DNA from: an uncultured Clostridia bacterium
GTDB lineage: Bacteria > Bacillota > Clostridia > TANB77 > CAG-508
Reading direction: 5' to 3'
DNA: 64,000 nt
NCBI GenBank assembly: GCA_944387445.1
Contig: CALXEX010000002.1
Coordinates: 28,290 to 92,289 of the forward strand
Both the position numbers and the translations under genes were made by a program. Shown one piece after another: positions 19,164 to 29,451 of this stretch (the stretch's first letter is position 1; each line of letters opens with the position of its first letter). Under the pieces are notes generated by a model that saw only the letters and a program-made list of their open reading frames with translations, ran no database searches and was not told the DNA's origin.

Positions 19164-19283
19164 CTAATCTTTTTTTATCATGCTTTCTGGCATTTTAGGT
19201 TGATGTAATACCCATGCAACAAAACATGATGTATTTGTTACTTTAGCATATTTTTCTGCTACTTTAGATAAAAATTTGAACAT
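19164..19283 (-). CDS. agrD: AgrD-type autoinducing peptide precursor (39 aa)
   Basis: MFKFLSKVAEKYAKVTNTSCFVAWVLHQPKMPESMIKKD has an amphipathic leader, a single Cys core and a QPKMPE tail like clostridial AgrD. Lies directly downstream of agrB. Not in the ORF track because it is under 60 aa. Confidence 0.65.
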   Translation of the reverse strand: MFKFLSKVAEKYAKVTNTSCFVAWVLHQPKMPESMIKKD

Positions 19284-19344
19284 AATAGATTCCCCCTTAT
19301 TATATATTTTTAAAAACATACCGGTATATGTTTTTTAAACATTT

Positions 19345-19971
19345 TTAAACTGAAGCATCACCATATACTTCATATCCATATTTATTTTTTGTTAATCTAT
19401 ATGCCAATTTTGTAATAGTTAATGTTTGTAAAAGATTTCCAAATAACAATATATTAGAAAATACATTATCTTGAATAAGCAAAGCACCTATAAGACCTAT
19501 TGTAAATGCAATATAAGCTATCATTTGTTTCTTTTTTCTATCTTTTTTGGATAATATCGGAACATTTTCTGTATCTGCAGGTGCATAAAGTTTTATCATA
19601 ATCATTCCAAATATCCAACTTATTCCTATTAAAACGTATTTTGTCATATTTCCTAGTATAATATGTTGTGAAAGAAGTACAATTCCGCAATAAAAAACAG
19701 TTGTTCCGATTATACATCCTAAATGTGTTTTTAAATGAAATCCTCCTGATGCTCCTCTATATGGTATTAATACGATAAACATAAATAATACTTCTTTTAA
19801 CATTCCCAGAATATATGCGATTATAAATAATAAGAAAATTTTAGGTATTTCTCCTACGATATTTTGTAATCCATAATTGATTACCTCTGCTCTCTCATCA
19901 TCTATTTCTGGCATTTCTTTTCTGATTCTTTTAGTCAAGAATGTGCAGATTGTATCTATCATTTTCTTCAC
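19345..19971 (-). CDS. agrB: Accessory gene regulator B (AgrD-processing membrane peptidase)
   Basis: IPYRGASGGFHLKTHLGC motif and a polytopic membrane profile. Confidence 0.85.
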   Translation of the reverse strand: MKKMIDTICTFLTKRIRKEMPEIDDERAEVINYGLQNIVGEIPKIFLLFIIAYILGMLKEVLFMFIVLIPYRGASGGFHLKTHLGCIIGTTVFYCGIVLLSQHIILGNMTKYVLIGISWIFGMIMIKLYAPADTENVPILSKKDRKKKQMIAYIAFTIGLIGALLIQDNVFSNILLFGNLLQTLTITKLAYRLTKNKYGYEVYGDASV

Positions 19972-20193
19972 CTCTTCTTGCTAATTTGATTGTAGCACTC
20001 TTATGATTTTTAAAAGTATTTTATTTTGTAAAACGTTCATTTTCTTTTGCAAAAAATTCTTTCTATTTGTTTTATAAAAAAATTTGCAAGAAAATAAAAA
20101 ATAACTTTCTAAATATATAAAGTTACTGACTGAAAACTATGTTTTATATAACAAAAAATATAGTCAAACTTTTCGTTCAACTATATTCTTACA

Positions 20194-20880
20194 TTATATT
20201 TTCTCATCTCGTAATATACACCATGTTCCAATCGGTTCTGGTAAATCTTTAAACTCTAACGTTTCTTTGGTGATAGGATGTTCAATTGTTAATTTGTAAG
20301 CCCATAAGGCAATTTGTTTTCCCTTTCCTCTAGTTCCATATTTTTGGTCTCCAAATATACTATGTCCAAAATGTGCTAATTGTACTCGAATTTGATGATG
20401 CCTTCCTGTATGTAAATTTATCTTCACTAAAGATAAATCTTTTACTTCATTGTATTTTAAAACCTCATAATCCAATTTTGCTTCTTTCGCATTTTTCTTT
20501 TCTTTATTCACTACTTTACTTATATTATGCCTTTCGTCTTTATATAAATAATCTATTAATGTTCCTTTGGATCTATCAAATTTCCCATCAACAACTGCTA
20601 AATATTCTTTTTTAAAGATTTTTTCTCTTACCTGATTACTTAATCTTGAAGCCGACTTTGATGTTTTTGCAAATATCATAACTCCGCCAACAGGTCTATC
20701 CAGTCTATGCACTAATCCCAAATACACATTACCTGGTTTCTTATATTTTTCTTTAATATATTCCTTAACAAGTGTTAGCATATCCATATCACCTGTTTTA
20801 TCAGATTGTGAAGGAATATTTGGTATTTTTTCAACAACAATAATATGGTTATCTTCATATATGATTTTTAATTTGTTCAT
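20194..20880 (-). CDS. RluA-family pseudouridine synthase
   Basis: VHRLDRPVGG catalytic Asp motif and HQIRVQL. Confidence 0.85.
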   Translation of the reverse strand: MNKLKIIYEDNHIIVVEKIPNIPSQSDKTGDMDMLTLVKEYIKEKYKKPGNVYLGLVHRLDRPVGGVMIFAKTSKSASRLSNQVREKIFKKEYLAVVDGKFDRSKGTLIDYLYKDERHNISKVVNKEKKNAKEAKLDYEVLKYNEVKDLSLVKINLHTGRHHQIRVQLAHFGHSIFGDQKYGTRGKGKQIALWAYKLTIEHPITKETLEFKDLPEPIGTWCILRDEKI

Positions 20881-20909
20881 TTACATTCCTCTTCTAATTT
20901 TGCTATTTT

Positions 20910-21776
20910 TTAAACTAGTTCCCATCTTCCATAAATCCCACAAGGCAAAACCAACTTAGAATTTTCCATAGGAAGTCCAATTTCTCCAGACTCAATTTTT
21001 CCTTTATACTTTTTAGAAACCGTTAATTGTAAAATATCTTCTAATACCTTACTAGATATTCCAGTTGTATAGGAATTAATTAAAAAGAATAAAGGCTTAT
21101 CTGATAATACTTTTGTACATAATTCTACCAAATCATAAATATTATTTTCGAATTGCCATACTTCTCCTTTAGCACCTCTACCATATGAGGGTGGATCCAT
21201 AATAATGGCATCATAGGTATTTTCTCTTCTAATTTCTCGGTTAACAAATTTTACAACATCATCTACAATAAAACGAACTGGTCTATCTTGTAATTTTGAA
21301 GATGTTACATTTTCTTTTGCCCAAGTAGTCATTCCTTTTGAACTATCTACATGACATACAGAAGCCCCTGCTGACAAACACGCAACAGTTGCCCCTCCTG
21401 TATAAGCAAATAGGTTTAATACTTTTATTTGCCTTTTTTCACCTTTAATTTTTTGTATCATCCAATCCCAATTAACAGCTTGTTCTGGAAATAACCCTGT
21501 GTGTTTAAACCCCATTGGCTTAATGTTAAATGTCAAATTTTTGTATTTTACTTGCCATTGAGAAGGTACTTTTTTCTTAAATTCCCATGAACCTCCACCT
21601 GTTTTACTTCTATTATATACAGCATTCATTTCTTTCCATTTATTAGGAAAGCTTTTATTTTTCCAAATAATTTGTGGATCTGGTCTAGATAAAATGACAT
21701 TTCCCCATTTTTCTAATTTTTGTCCATCTGCCATGTCTAATATTTTATAATCTTTCCATTCATTTGCTATTTTCAT
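20910..21776 (-). CDS. Class I SAM-dependent methyltransferase (RlmI/RlmK-like)
   Basis: VLNLFAYTGGATVA SAM-binding loop and IIMDPPSYG motif. Confidence 0.75.
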   Translation of the reverse strand: MKIANEWKDYKILDMADGQKLEKWGNVILSRPDPQIIWKNKSFPNKWKEMNAVYNRSKTGGGSWEFKKKVPSQWQVKYKNLTFNIKPMGFKHTGLFPEQAVNWDWMIQKIKGEKRQIKVLNLFAYTGGATVACLSAGASVCHVDSSKGMTTWAKENVTSSKLQDRPVRFIVDDVVKFVNREIRRENTYDAIIMDPPSYGRGAKGEVWQFENNIYDLVELCTKVLSDKPLFFLINSYTTGISSKVLEDILQLTVSKKYKGKIESGEIGLPMENSKLVLPCGIYGRWELV

Positions 21777-21984
21777 AATTCATCTCATTCCTTTTCGTTA
21801 CACAAATCTGGTTTCAAAAATTGTAATTATTTTCAACCTTTTTCGAGTAGCATTCATAAACTACTCTTCCGACTACTATTAGAATAGCTATATTTTACCA
21901 TATTTTTTTGATTTTTCCAAGGGTATTTGATGATTTAAAAATTTTATGACTTTAAATATTTTAAAAATTCTTCTAATTCTATAT

Positions 21985-22104
21985 CTATAAATATAATTCT
22001 AATGCTTCTCTTAAGTTTTGCAATGCTTCTTCTATTGTTTTTCCTTGTGATGCAACATTATTATCTAACCATTTTGCTACATACCATTCTTCTTTTTGTA
22101 TCAT
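21985..22104 (-). CDS. HicB-like (UPF0150) mini-ORF with no canonical full-length start
   Basis: MIQKEEWYVAKWLDNNVASQGKTIEEALQNLREALELYL. The frame stays open 12 more codons upstream (QGAKNTSIKYNV) behind AAGGAG, but contains no ATG, GTG or TTG. Confidence 0.3.
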   Translation of the reverse strand: MIQKEEWYVAKWLDNNVASQGKTIEEALQNLREALELYL

Positions 22105-22170
22105 AACATTGTATTTTATACTCGTATTTTTAGCTCCTTGTTATATATTATACTTCCTTTTTTAATAAAT

Positions 22171-22362
22171 TCAAATGTTTCGTAAAATTTTAAAAAAATT
22201 ATATATCATCATTACATTTATACTAGATAAGATGACCAAAGATAGAATAATCAAAGTCAGCCATTTATGTTCGTGTACTTTCCTTATCATTTTTTTATCT
22301 AATCTTTCCTTATGAACTCTCCTCAATTCTAAATTCAATAAGTTTCCTTCTGTATATTCCAT
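22171..22362 (-). CDS. Hypothetical small membrane protein
   Basis: 63-aa ORF with one TM helix and AAGGAGGA SD. Confidence 0.4.
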   Translation of the reverse strand: MEYTEGNLLNLELRRVHKERLDKKMIRKVHEHKWLTLIILSLVILSSINVMMIYNFFKILRNI

Positions 22363-22631
22363 ACTTTATCCTCCTTTGTAATTTTCACAATATCTTATTC
22401 ATCTTATGTGCTATTTATTCCTACTTTTTCATAAAAGCTGTCAGGTTTTATGACATTTTTTCTTAACTTTTTCATTCTAAGAGGAAAAGATTGGCTCTCT
22501 CTTTTCGAGAAAAGACTGAAAAGCCGATATGTTTAGGCATAACACATTCGGCTCTTTTTATTATATAAAAAACTCAGCTATTCTCTTAAAACTACGCAAA
22601 TTTTTCTATCTATACAGCAAGCCACACTTTC

Positions 22632-24491
22632 TTACTGTTTCAATCTATCTGCTAACTCTTTTGTAATCCCTTTTACTGTCATCAATTCTTCTCTAGATGC
22701 TTGTTTAATTTTTTCTACGCTTCCAAACTGTTTTAATAAAGCTTGTTTTTTGACTTTACCAATTCCTTTAATATCATCTAATTCTGATTTGGTGATTTCC
22801 TTGTCTCTTAATTTTCTATGATAGGTAATAGCAGTATCATGAACGGTATCTTGAAATCTGGTAATTAATTTCATTAAATTTTCAGAAATTTTTAATTCAT
22901 TTCTATTTTCATCCATTAAAGCTCTTGTTTGGTGTTTATCATTTTTAACCATACCAAATACTTTAATATCTAATTCTTTTTCTAGCATTTCTAATTTTTC
23001 TTGTTTATCTTTTTCTGTCATATCTTCTTGCATAATCTTTTCTTTTTCTTCATTTAAAACATTTTCAATGGCTTGTTTTGTTGCACGGATTTGGGTAATC
23101 CCACCATCTGCAAATATGACATCTGGAAGTTTTCCAAACCCACCATTTGGATTTTCGATAGAATGTCTTAATCTTCTAGTAATAACCTCTTCCATACATT
23201 TGGGATCATCTTGCCCATAAACGGTTTTGATTTTAAATCTTCTTGATAAATTCTTTTTGATAACACCATCTTGCAGAACACACATTCCAGCTACCATATA
23301 TTCTCCTGATATATTTGATATATCAAAAGTTTCTATTTTTCTTGGTAAGATATCCATTTTTAATACTTCTTTTAATTCTAATAAAATTTCACTTTTATCT
23401 TTTTCTTTATTGTCTAGTGTTACTTTTGCATTATTTTCTGCCATTTCTACAAATCTTAATTTTTCACCTTTTTTAGGTGATTTGATTTCCACTTTTTTTC
23501 CTAATTCTGTGGATAACCAACCTTCAATTGCTTCTTTGTCTTCGATTTCTTCTCTTATCATAATTTTGCTTGGAATGTTTGGATTGTCAAAATAATACTG
23601 TTTGATAAATCCTGAAAGAATTTCTTTATCTTCCATATCTTTCAAATCTTTGTAGAAGTATTGTTCTCTTCCTATCATTTTACTTCCTCTTACGAAAAAG
23701 ATTTCTACACAAACTTCTAAATCTGATTTTGCAATTCCGATAACATCAATACTATTTTCTGATATGTTAGATACTTTTTGTTTGGCTGATGCTCTTTCGA
23801 TTGCTTGTTTTCTATCTCTTAAATCTGCTGCTTTTTCATATTCCATTTTTTGAGAGGCTTCTTGCATTTGTAAATCTAAATCTTTTAAGATTTTATCTGT
23901 TTTTCCTTCTAATAAATCAATGATTTCATTTACTTGTTTTCTGTATTCTTCTTTATCTACATTTCCCATACATGGTGCTAAACATCTTCCTATATGATAG
24001 TTCAAGCATGGTCTTGTTCTTTCTTTTAGTGTTCTGCATTGATGAATTTTGTATCTTTCTTTGATAAAATCTAACATTTCTTTTGCAGAACCTGGATTGG
24101 CATATGGTCCAAAATATTTTGAACCGTCATTAATGATTCTTCTTGTATAATAGACACCTGGATATTCTGATTTTACATCAATTTTTATATAGGGATATGT
24201 TTTATCATCTTTTAATAATACATTAAATTTTGGTCTATTCTTTTTGATTAAATTACATTCCAAAATTAAAGCTTCTGCCTCATTATCTACAACAATATAT
24301 TCGAAATGGTCAATTAAAGAAACCATTTTCTCTATTCTAGCCGTTTTATTTGTCTTTCGAAAATATTGTCTAACTCTGTTTTTTAGAGAAATGGCTTTCC
24401 CTACATAGATAATGTTATCCTCTTTATCATGCATAATATATACACCAGGTTTTCCTGGTAGCTTTTTTAGTTCTTCTTCTATATCAAACAT
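22632..24491 (-). CDS. uvrC: Excinuclease ABC subunit C
   Basis: GIY-YIG N-terminus (GVYIMHDKEDNIIYVGKA), UVR domain, and C-terminal RNase H-like and HhH domains. 619 aa. Confidence 0.95.
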   Translation of the reverse strand: MFDIEEELKKLPGKPGVYIMHDKEDNIIYVGKAISLKNRVRQYFRKTNKTARIEKMVSLIDHFEYIVVDNEAEALILECNLIKKNRPKFNVLLKDDKTYPYIKIDVKSEYPGVYYTRRIINDGSKYFGPYANPGSAKEMLDFIKERYKIHQCRTLKERTRPCLNYHIGRCLAPCMGNVDKEEYRKQVNEIIDLLEGKTDKILKDLDLQMQEASQKMEYEKAADLRDRKQAIERASAKQKVSNISENSIDVIGIAKSDLEVCVEIFFVRGSKMIGREQYFYKDLKDMEDKEILSGFIKQYYFDNPNIPSKIMIREEIEDKEAIEGWLSTELGKKVEIKSPKKGEKLRFVEMAENNAKVTLDNKEKDKSEILLELKEVLKMDILPRKIETFDISNISGEYMVAGMCVLQDGVIKKNLSRRFKIKTVYGQDDPKCMEEVITRRLRHSIENPNGGFGKLPDVIFADGGITQIRATKQAIENVLNEEKEKIMQEDMTEKDKQEKLEMLEKELDIKVFGMVKNDKHQTRALMDENRNELKISENLMKLITRFQDTVHDTAITYHRKLRDKEITKSELDDIKGIGKVKKQALLKQFGSVEKIKQASREELMTVKGITKELADRLKQ

Positions 24492-24631
24492 TTCTTCTCA
24501 TTCCTTTATGACGTTTATGATGAAAAGAAAGGCTTATATCTTCTGACTGAATTTATAAGTCTTTCTTAAATCTTTCTAATAGTATTATCATTTCTTATTT
24601 GAACTTAGAAATTTTTAATTTTTTTCTGATT

Positions 24632-25150
24632 TTAAAACTCATCTACACTTTCTACATAACCAATATATGGTAGATTTCTATAGTTTTGGTTATAATCTAA
24701 ACCATATCCTACAACAAACTTATCTTCTATTCTAAATCCAATATATTCTACTTCTAATTCTTTTGTCCTTCTTGATGGTTTGCTAAGTAAAGTTGCAATT
24801 TTCAAACTATTTGGTCTTTTTAGTTTAAAATACTCCTTTAAAAATGCTAAAGTGGTTCCTGTATCAATGATATCTTCTACAATTAATACATCTTTTCCTT
24901 CAATACTGTTTTTAATATCTTTTACAATTTTCACTTTTCCTGTGCTTTCTGTGCCCTCATAGCTAGATACTTCTATAAATTCAAATTGTACTTTTGTTTT
25001 TAGTCTTTTTGCTAGTTCTACCATAAAGACAACTGAACCTTTTAAGATACCAATTAAAATAATTTCTTTTCCCTCGTAATCTCTGTCTATTTCTTTTGCC
25101 ATTTCATCTAATCTTTTTTCAATTCTTGCTTCATTAATTAATACATTCAT
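24632..25150 (-). CDS. hpt: Hypoxanthine phosphoribosyltransferase
   Basis: PRPP-binding motif VLIVEDIIDTGTTL. 172 aa. Confidence 0.9.
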   Translation of the reverse strand: MNVLINEARIEKRLDEMAKEIDRDYEGKEIILIGILKGSVVFMVELAKRLKTKVQFEFIEVSSYEGTESTGKVKIVKDIKNSIEGKDVLIVEDIIDTGTTLAFLKEYFKLKRPNSLKIATLLSKPSRRTKELEVEYIGFRIEDKFVVGYGLDYNQNYRNLPYIGYVESVDEF

Positions 25151-25608
25151 GTTTTAACGCATTCCTTTCTTAAGGCTCAATCTTGGTTGGAAAAGAATAT
25201 ATTTTTCAACCACATTCCCCTTATTTCTTATTTAGGCTTTCTGGTTACCTATCCCCTTTTATGTATGTTTTATTTTGAATACTTATATTATATATGATTT
25301 TACTTATATTTTCAATCTTTTTATCATTTTTTCCTATACCAGGACAAATCTCGCTTCGAGAGAACTTTTCTCTACTTTCTAGCTCAACTATATATATTTA
25401 AGTTCTCGAAGAAGCGTAAAGATTTGTCGACGCGAAAAATTGCGTAGCAATTTTTTTGTGCAACTTTGTTTTTTGTGGTATAGGAAAATGGCTTTTTCCT
25501 ATACCACAAAAAAGCAGACTATCCAAATGAGGATAATCTGCTTTCTTTTCATATAAACTGAGGCACCTGCAAATGGGCAGGATTTTATCAGGTTCTTTTC
25601 CGAAGCCT

Positions 25609-25749
25609 TTAGTCTGCTGAGTCAGCTCCGGTCTGTTCGCTCTGTCTAGCGATGGGTTCATCATCGCCATAATCGGCGCTGTTTGCGCCCAATGTTCCGC
25701 CCTTTCCAATCATCTCCTCTAAAGTTTCCCTGTTTGTTTTCTCAGCCAT
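25609..25749 (-). CDS. Small acidic ORF (46 aa) in a G+C-rich islet
   Basis: AAAGGAGGAAGAAAAAATG start, MAEKTNRETLEEMIGKGGTLGANSADYGDDEPIARQSEQTGADSAD, followed by hairpins and the terminator GCAGATTATCC-TCATTT-GGATAGTCTGC-TTTTTT. Confidence 0.45.
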   Translation of the reverse strand: MAEKTNRETLEEMIGKGGTLGANSADYGDDEPIARQSEQTGADSAD

Positions 25750-26029
25750 TTTTTCTTCCTCCTTTATTTTAGGCTACTAACAGTTGTACAAAGAAAAACA
25801 GGCTAAAGAAACAGCCTCAGTTTATATATGAGGTGCTTACTTGCACCTATTTTTCAATGTACTGCAACCACTTTGGTTTGCACAGACTATATTATACCAC
25901 TTTCCTATAAGCTTTTCAAATTTTTTATCTAGGACTTGCTTATTTTTTCATTTTAGTATAATATAATAAAAGTAAATTAAACGTATGCAAAAAAATTCTT
26001 AAGAAAGGAGGGCAATATTTTATTCATAT

Positions 26030-26165
26030 ATAGCGCCTGGACACGATAGATTTGTGTTGACGAGGTTCAGGGTTATCGAAAAATTCGGCGGATGCTCTGA
26101 TGGCTTTCACTTATGGTCATAAGTATTAATGAAAAAGCAGTAGTGATACTGTAACAAAGGTTAAT
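26030..26165 (+). ncRNA. glmS ribozyme (GlcN6P-dependent self-cleaving leader)
   Basis: A^GCGCCTGGAC ... TTGACGAGGTTCAGGGTTATCGAAAAATTCGGCGGATGCTCTGATGGC matches the conserved glmS ribozyme core. Lies about 130 nt upstream of glmS. Confidence 0.85.
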
Positions 26166-26297
26166 ACATATAAGTTTTATTTGCATACCTTTAATTCCAA
26201 CAATCTCTTGTATCTTAGAGATATTATCAAAATTTAGCAAAAATAATTTAATATATTTATTTGTATATATTAAATTATTGAAATGGAGGATTATATT

Positions 26298-28139
26298 ATG
26301 TGTGGAATTGTAGGTTATATAGGAAAACAAAAAGCAAGTCCAATTTTAATCAATGGACTTTTAAGATTGGAATACAGAGGATATGACTCTGCAGGTATTT
26401 CAACAATTGAACCAGAAGGTTTGGTTGTTATGAAAGATAAAGGAAGAGTAAAAAATTTATATAATTTAAAAGGAATTGATGATTTAAAAGGTACCATTGG
26501 TATTGCACATACCAGATGGGCAACACATGGAAAACCATCTAAAGAAAATGCACACCCTCACCAAGATAATGCAAAAATGTTTAGTGTTGTTCATAATGGT
26601 ATTATTGAAAATTATAATGAATTAAGAAAATTTTTAATCGACAATGGATACAAATTCTATTCTGATACAGATACAGAAATTGTTCCAAATCTAATTCATT
26701 ACTATTATACAAAAGAAACAAAAGAAACAGGAAAAATGAAATTTTTAATAGCAGTAAAAAATGCATGTTCTGACTTAAAAGGAAGCTTTGCTTTAGAAAT
26801 TATTTGTAAAGATTTTCCTGACAATATGATTGTTGTTAGAAAAGATAGTCCATTAGTTATTGGAAAAGGAATTGATGAAAATTATATTTCTTCAGATATT
26901 CCAGCGATTCTTTCATTTACAAGAAACTTCTATCTTTTAAATGATTTTGAATATGTATTTTTATCAAGAGATTCTGCTGAGTTTTATGATAAAGATTTAA
27001 ATAAAATAGATAAAAAAACACAAAATATTGAATGGGATGCTGCTAGTAGTGAAAAAAATGGTTATGATGACTTTATGTTAAAAGAAATTCATGAGCAACC
27101 AACTGCTATTCGTGAAACAATAGGTGCTAAGTTTAGTGAAAATTCAAAATGTGAATTTGATGAATTACACTTTACAAAAGAATATTTATCAAAATTAAAT
27201 AAAATTTTTATTGTTGCTTGTGGTACAGCTATGCACGCTGGATTAGCTGGTAAAAATATTATAGAGAAACTTTGTAGGATTCCAACTGAGGTTGATATTG
27301 CTTCTGAATTTAGATACAGAGATCCATTAATAGATGATAAAACCTTATGTATTTTTATTTCTCAATCAGGAGAAACAGCAGATACCATTGCTGCATTAAA
27401 ATTATCAAAACAAAAAGGTGCCAAAACACTTGCAATTTCCAATGTAATTGGAAGTTCTATCACAAGAGAAGCAGATTATTCTATTTATACACATGCAGGG
27501 CCAGAAATCGCAGTTGCTTCTACAAAAGCATATACTTCACAAGTGGTTTTAATGGTAATTTTAGCAATTTATTTTGCTGAAATCTTGGGAAAAAGTTCTG
27601 AAGAACTATATGAATTGAAAAAAGAAATTTTAGACTTACCTGCTAAAATTGAGGAATGCTTAAAATTAGAAGATATTGTTAAACAATTTTCAAAAAGAAT
27701 TTATCAAGAAAAAGACATTTTCTTTATTGGTAGAGGTATTGATGAAACAGTTGCTAAAGAAGGTTCTCTAAAATTAAAAGAAATCTCATACATTCATTCA
27801 GAAAGTTATCCAGCAGGTGAATTAAAACATGGACCAATTGCTTTAATTGAAAAAGATATTACGGTTGTCGGTATTATGACAGAACCTACTTTGGTTGAAA
27901 AAACGGTTAGTAACCTTCAAGAGGTCATCACACGTGGTGCCAAAACCTTAATCATTACCAACCAAAAAATTGATAAATCTATGTTTGATACAGTATTAGA
28001 AATTCCTGAGATAAATCCATATATCTCACCAATCTTATCAGTTATTCCTTTGCAATTGTTGGCATATTACATTTCAAAGGAAAAAGGATTGGATGTTGAT
28101 AAGCCTAGAAACTTAGCAAAATCTGTTACTGTTGAATAA
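26298..28139 (+). CDS. glmS: Glutamine--fructose-6-phosphate aminotransferase
   Basis: Starts MCGIVGY (catalytic Cys2), followed by two SIS domains. The track start at 26283 is 5 codons too far upstream. Confidence 0.95.
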   Translation: MCGIVGYIGKQKASPILINGLLRLEYRGYDSAGISTIEPEGLVVMKDKGRVKNLYNLKGIDDLKGTIGIAHTRWATHGKPSKENAHPHQDNAKMFSVVHNGIIENYNELRKFLIDNGYKFYSDTDTEIVPNLIHYYYTKETKETGKMKFLIAVKNACSDLKGSFALEIICKDFPDNMIVVRKDSPLVIGKGIDENYISSDIPAILSFTRNFYLLNDFEYVFLSRDSAEFYDKDLNKIDKKTQNIEWDAASSEKNGYDDFMLKEIHEQPTAIRETIGAKFSENSKCEFDELHFTKEYLSKLNKIFIVACGTAMHAGLAGKNIIEKLCRIPTEVDIASEFRYRDPLIDDKTLCIFISQSGETADTIAALKLSKQKGAKTLAISNVIGSSITREADYSIYTHAGPEIAVASTKAYTSQVVLMVILAIYFAEILGKSSEELYELKKEILDLPAKIEECLKLEDIVKQFSKRIYQEKDIFFIGRGIDETVAKEGSLKLKEISYIHSESYPAGELKHGPIALIEKDITVVGIMTEPTLVEKTVSNLQEVITRGAKTLIITNQKIDKSMFDTVLEIPEINPYISPILSVIPLQLLAYYISKEKGLDVDKPRNLAKSVTVE

Positions 28140-28234
28140 ATTTTATATAAAAATGAACCCAAATTATAAAACTTATTGTTTGTTTCATATTTGGGTTCAC
28201 TTCATTTATTTTGACTTAGCCTTTTTCTTTCTTA

Positions 28235-29011
28235 CTAAAAATCTAGAATTTCTAAAACCTCTTGAAAACTTGCTTGATTGGTTAATACAATATCAAAAGT
28301 TTTATTATATTTTTCTAAATTTGCTTCTATATCTCCATCTAAAAATCCTATGGTTACAGTATGATTTAGCTTTTCTTTTGAAACCATATTCACATCATCT
28401 GTTAAATCACCTAATAATAATATATATGGTTTATCTTTTATGATTTTCTTTATTTTCTCTGAAAATTCTATTTTGTTTTTATTATATGGGGTCACATTTG
28501 TAATATAATGTTCTTTTATTCCATCCATATCATAATAATTAGCATATATATACATATTGTCATAATATGCATCATTTTGCTTTAGATATTCTTCTATGAC
28601 ATTTTTTATGCTAGAAGATATAATAATAACTGGAATATGATTATTATACATTTGTTTAAAAAATTCTTTTGCACCTTCACGTAATTTTAAGTTCGTTTTT
28701 TTTACGGATTTTTCTAGAATATCTTTACTAATATGACATTCTTTTAATAAATTCATAAATTCCTTAAATCTTTGCTCAAAAGCTTTTTCTTTGACTTCAT
28801 TAGTTGCATTCTTATCAGGCTCTGTTTTAATATGTATATCCATATATTGTTCTTTGAAATCTTTTCCTAAAAATTCTGAATAATATAGTACTCTCCATGC
28901 ACTAAAACTTTTTGACTCTGTAATCGTTCTATCAAAATCAATTAGTACATAAAAATTATCTTTATTGAACTTTATATTTTTTAACTTGTCTCTTTGATTT
29001 ATATATTTCAT
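28235..29011 (-). CDS. HAD-superfamily hydrolase (5'-nucleotidase-like)
   Basis: IDFDRTIT motif I and LLLGDLTDD motif IV. Confidence 0.55.
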   Translation of the reverse strand: MKYINQRDKLKNIKFNKDNFYVLIDFDRTITESKSFSAWRVLYYSEFLGKDFKEQYMDIHIKTEPDKNATNEVKEKAFEQRFKEFMNLLKECHISKDILEKSVKKTNLKLREGAKEFFKQMYNNHIPVIIISSSIKNVIEEYLKQNDAYYDNMYIYANYYDMDGIKEHYITNVTPYNKNKIEFSEKIKKIIKDKPYILLLGDLTDDVNMVSKEKLNHTVTIGFLDGDIEANLEKYNKTFDIVLTNQASFQEVLEILDF

Positions 29012-29123
29012 AATTTTGTTCCCCTTATTCGTTCTTTTTCATATGTCTATCCTACCAGAAATTTCTTCATAATTCAATAGTAGTAATATTTTTTTCGTTA
29101 TCCTATTGTGGTATATTTTTACA

Positions 29124-29396
29124 TTATCCTATTAATAATTTAACAATAATTAAGCAAACTGCTCCCGGTAATCCCAATAATCCTATGATAATACTATTGA
29201 CAATATTTAATCCAATATGAAACCCAAAATTTGCCCCTATCAAATTAATGACATATATTACAATCCCACCAAAAACTGAATTGATGATGAGTTTTAATAT
29301 TTTTTTTAATGGGACAATAAAAATTCTTCCAATGATAAATAAAAAGCAAATGCAAGCTAAATATGTAATGATATTTAAATCCATTTTCTCCTCCAA
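29124..29396 (-). CDS. bofA: Pro-sigma-K processing inhibitor BofA
   Basis: 90-aa two-TM protein with NSVFGGIVIYVINL and GLLGLPGA motifs. Adjacent to yaaL, as in Bacillus. Confidence 0.8.
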   Translation of the reverse strand: MEEKMDLNIITYLACICFLFIIGRIFIVPLKKILKLIINSVFGGIVIYVINLIGANFGFHIGLNIVNSIIIGLLGLPGAVCLIIVKLLIG

Positions 29397-29451
29397 TTGA
29401 TAACATAGAAATCTTTTATTAATTATTATGCTATCAATTGGACAAATAGAC

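Noticed and set aside
25398-25709. 103-aa minus-strand track ORF across the G+C-rich islet
   Set aside because: It has no SD, runs through terminator hairpins, and is out of frame with the short ORF (25609-25749), which has a strong SD. It is most likely an open frame created by the unusual G+C content.
26073-26330. 85-aa minus-strand ORF upstream of glmS
   Set aside because: It overlaps the glmS ribozyme and leader on the opposite strand. The translation is low-complexity and has no SD.
28132-28443. 103-aa plus-strand ORF after glmS
   Set aside because: It spans the glmS terminator and runs antisense into the HAD hydrolase gene.
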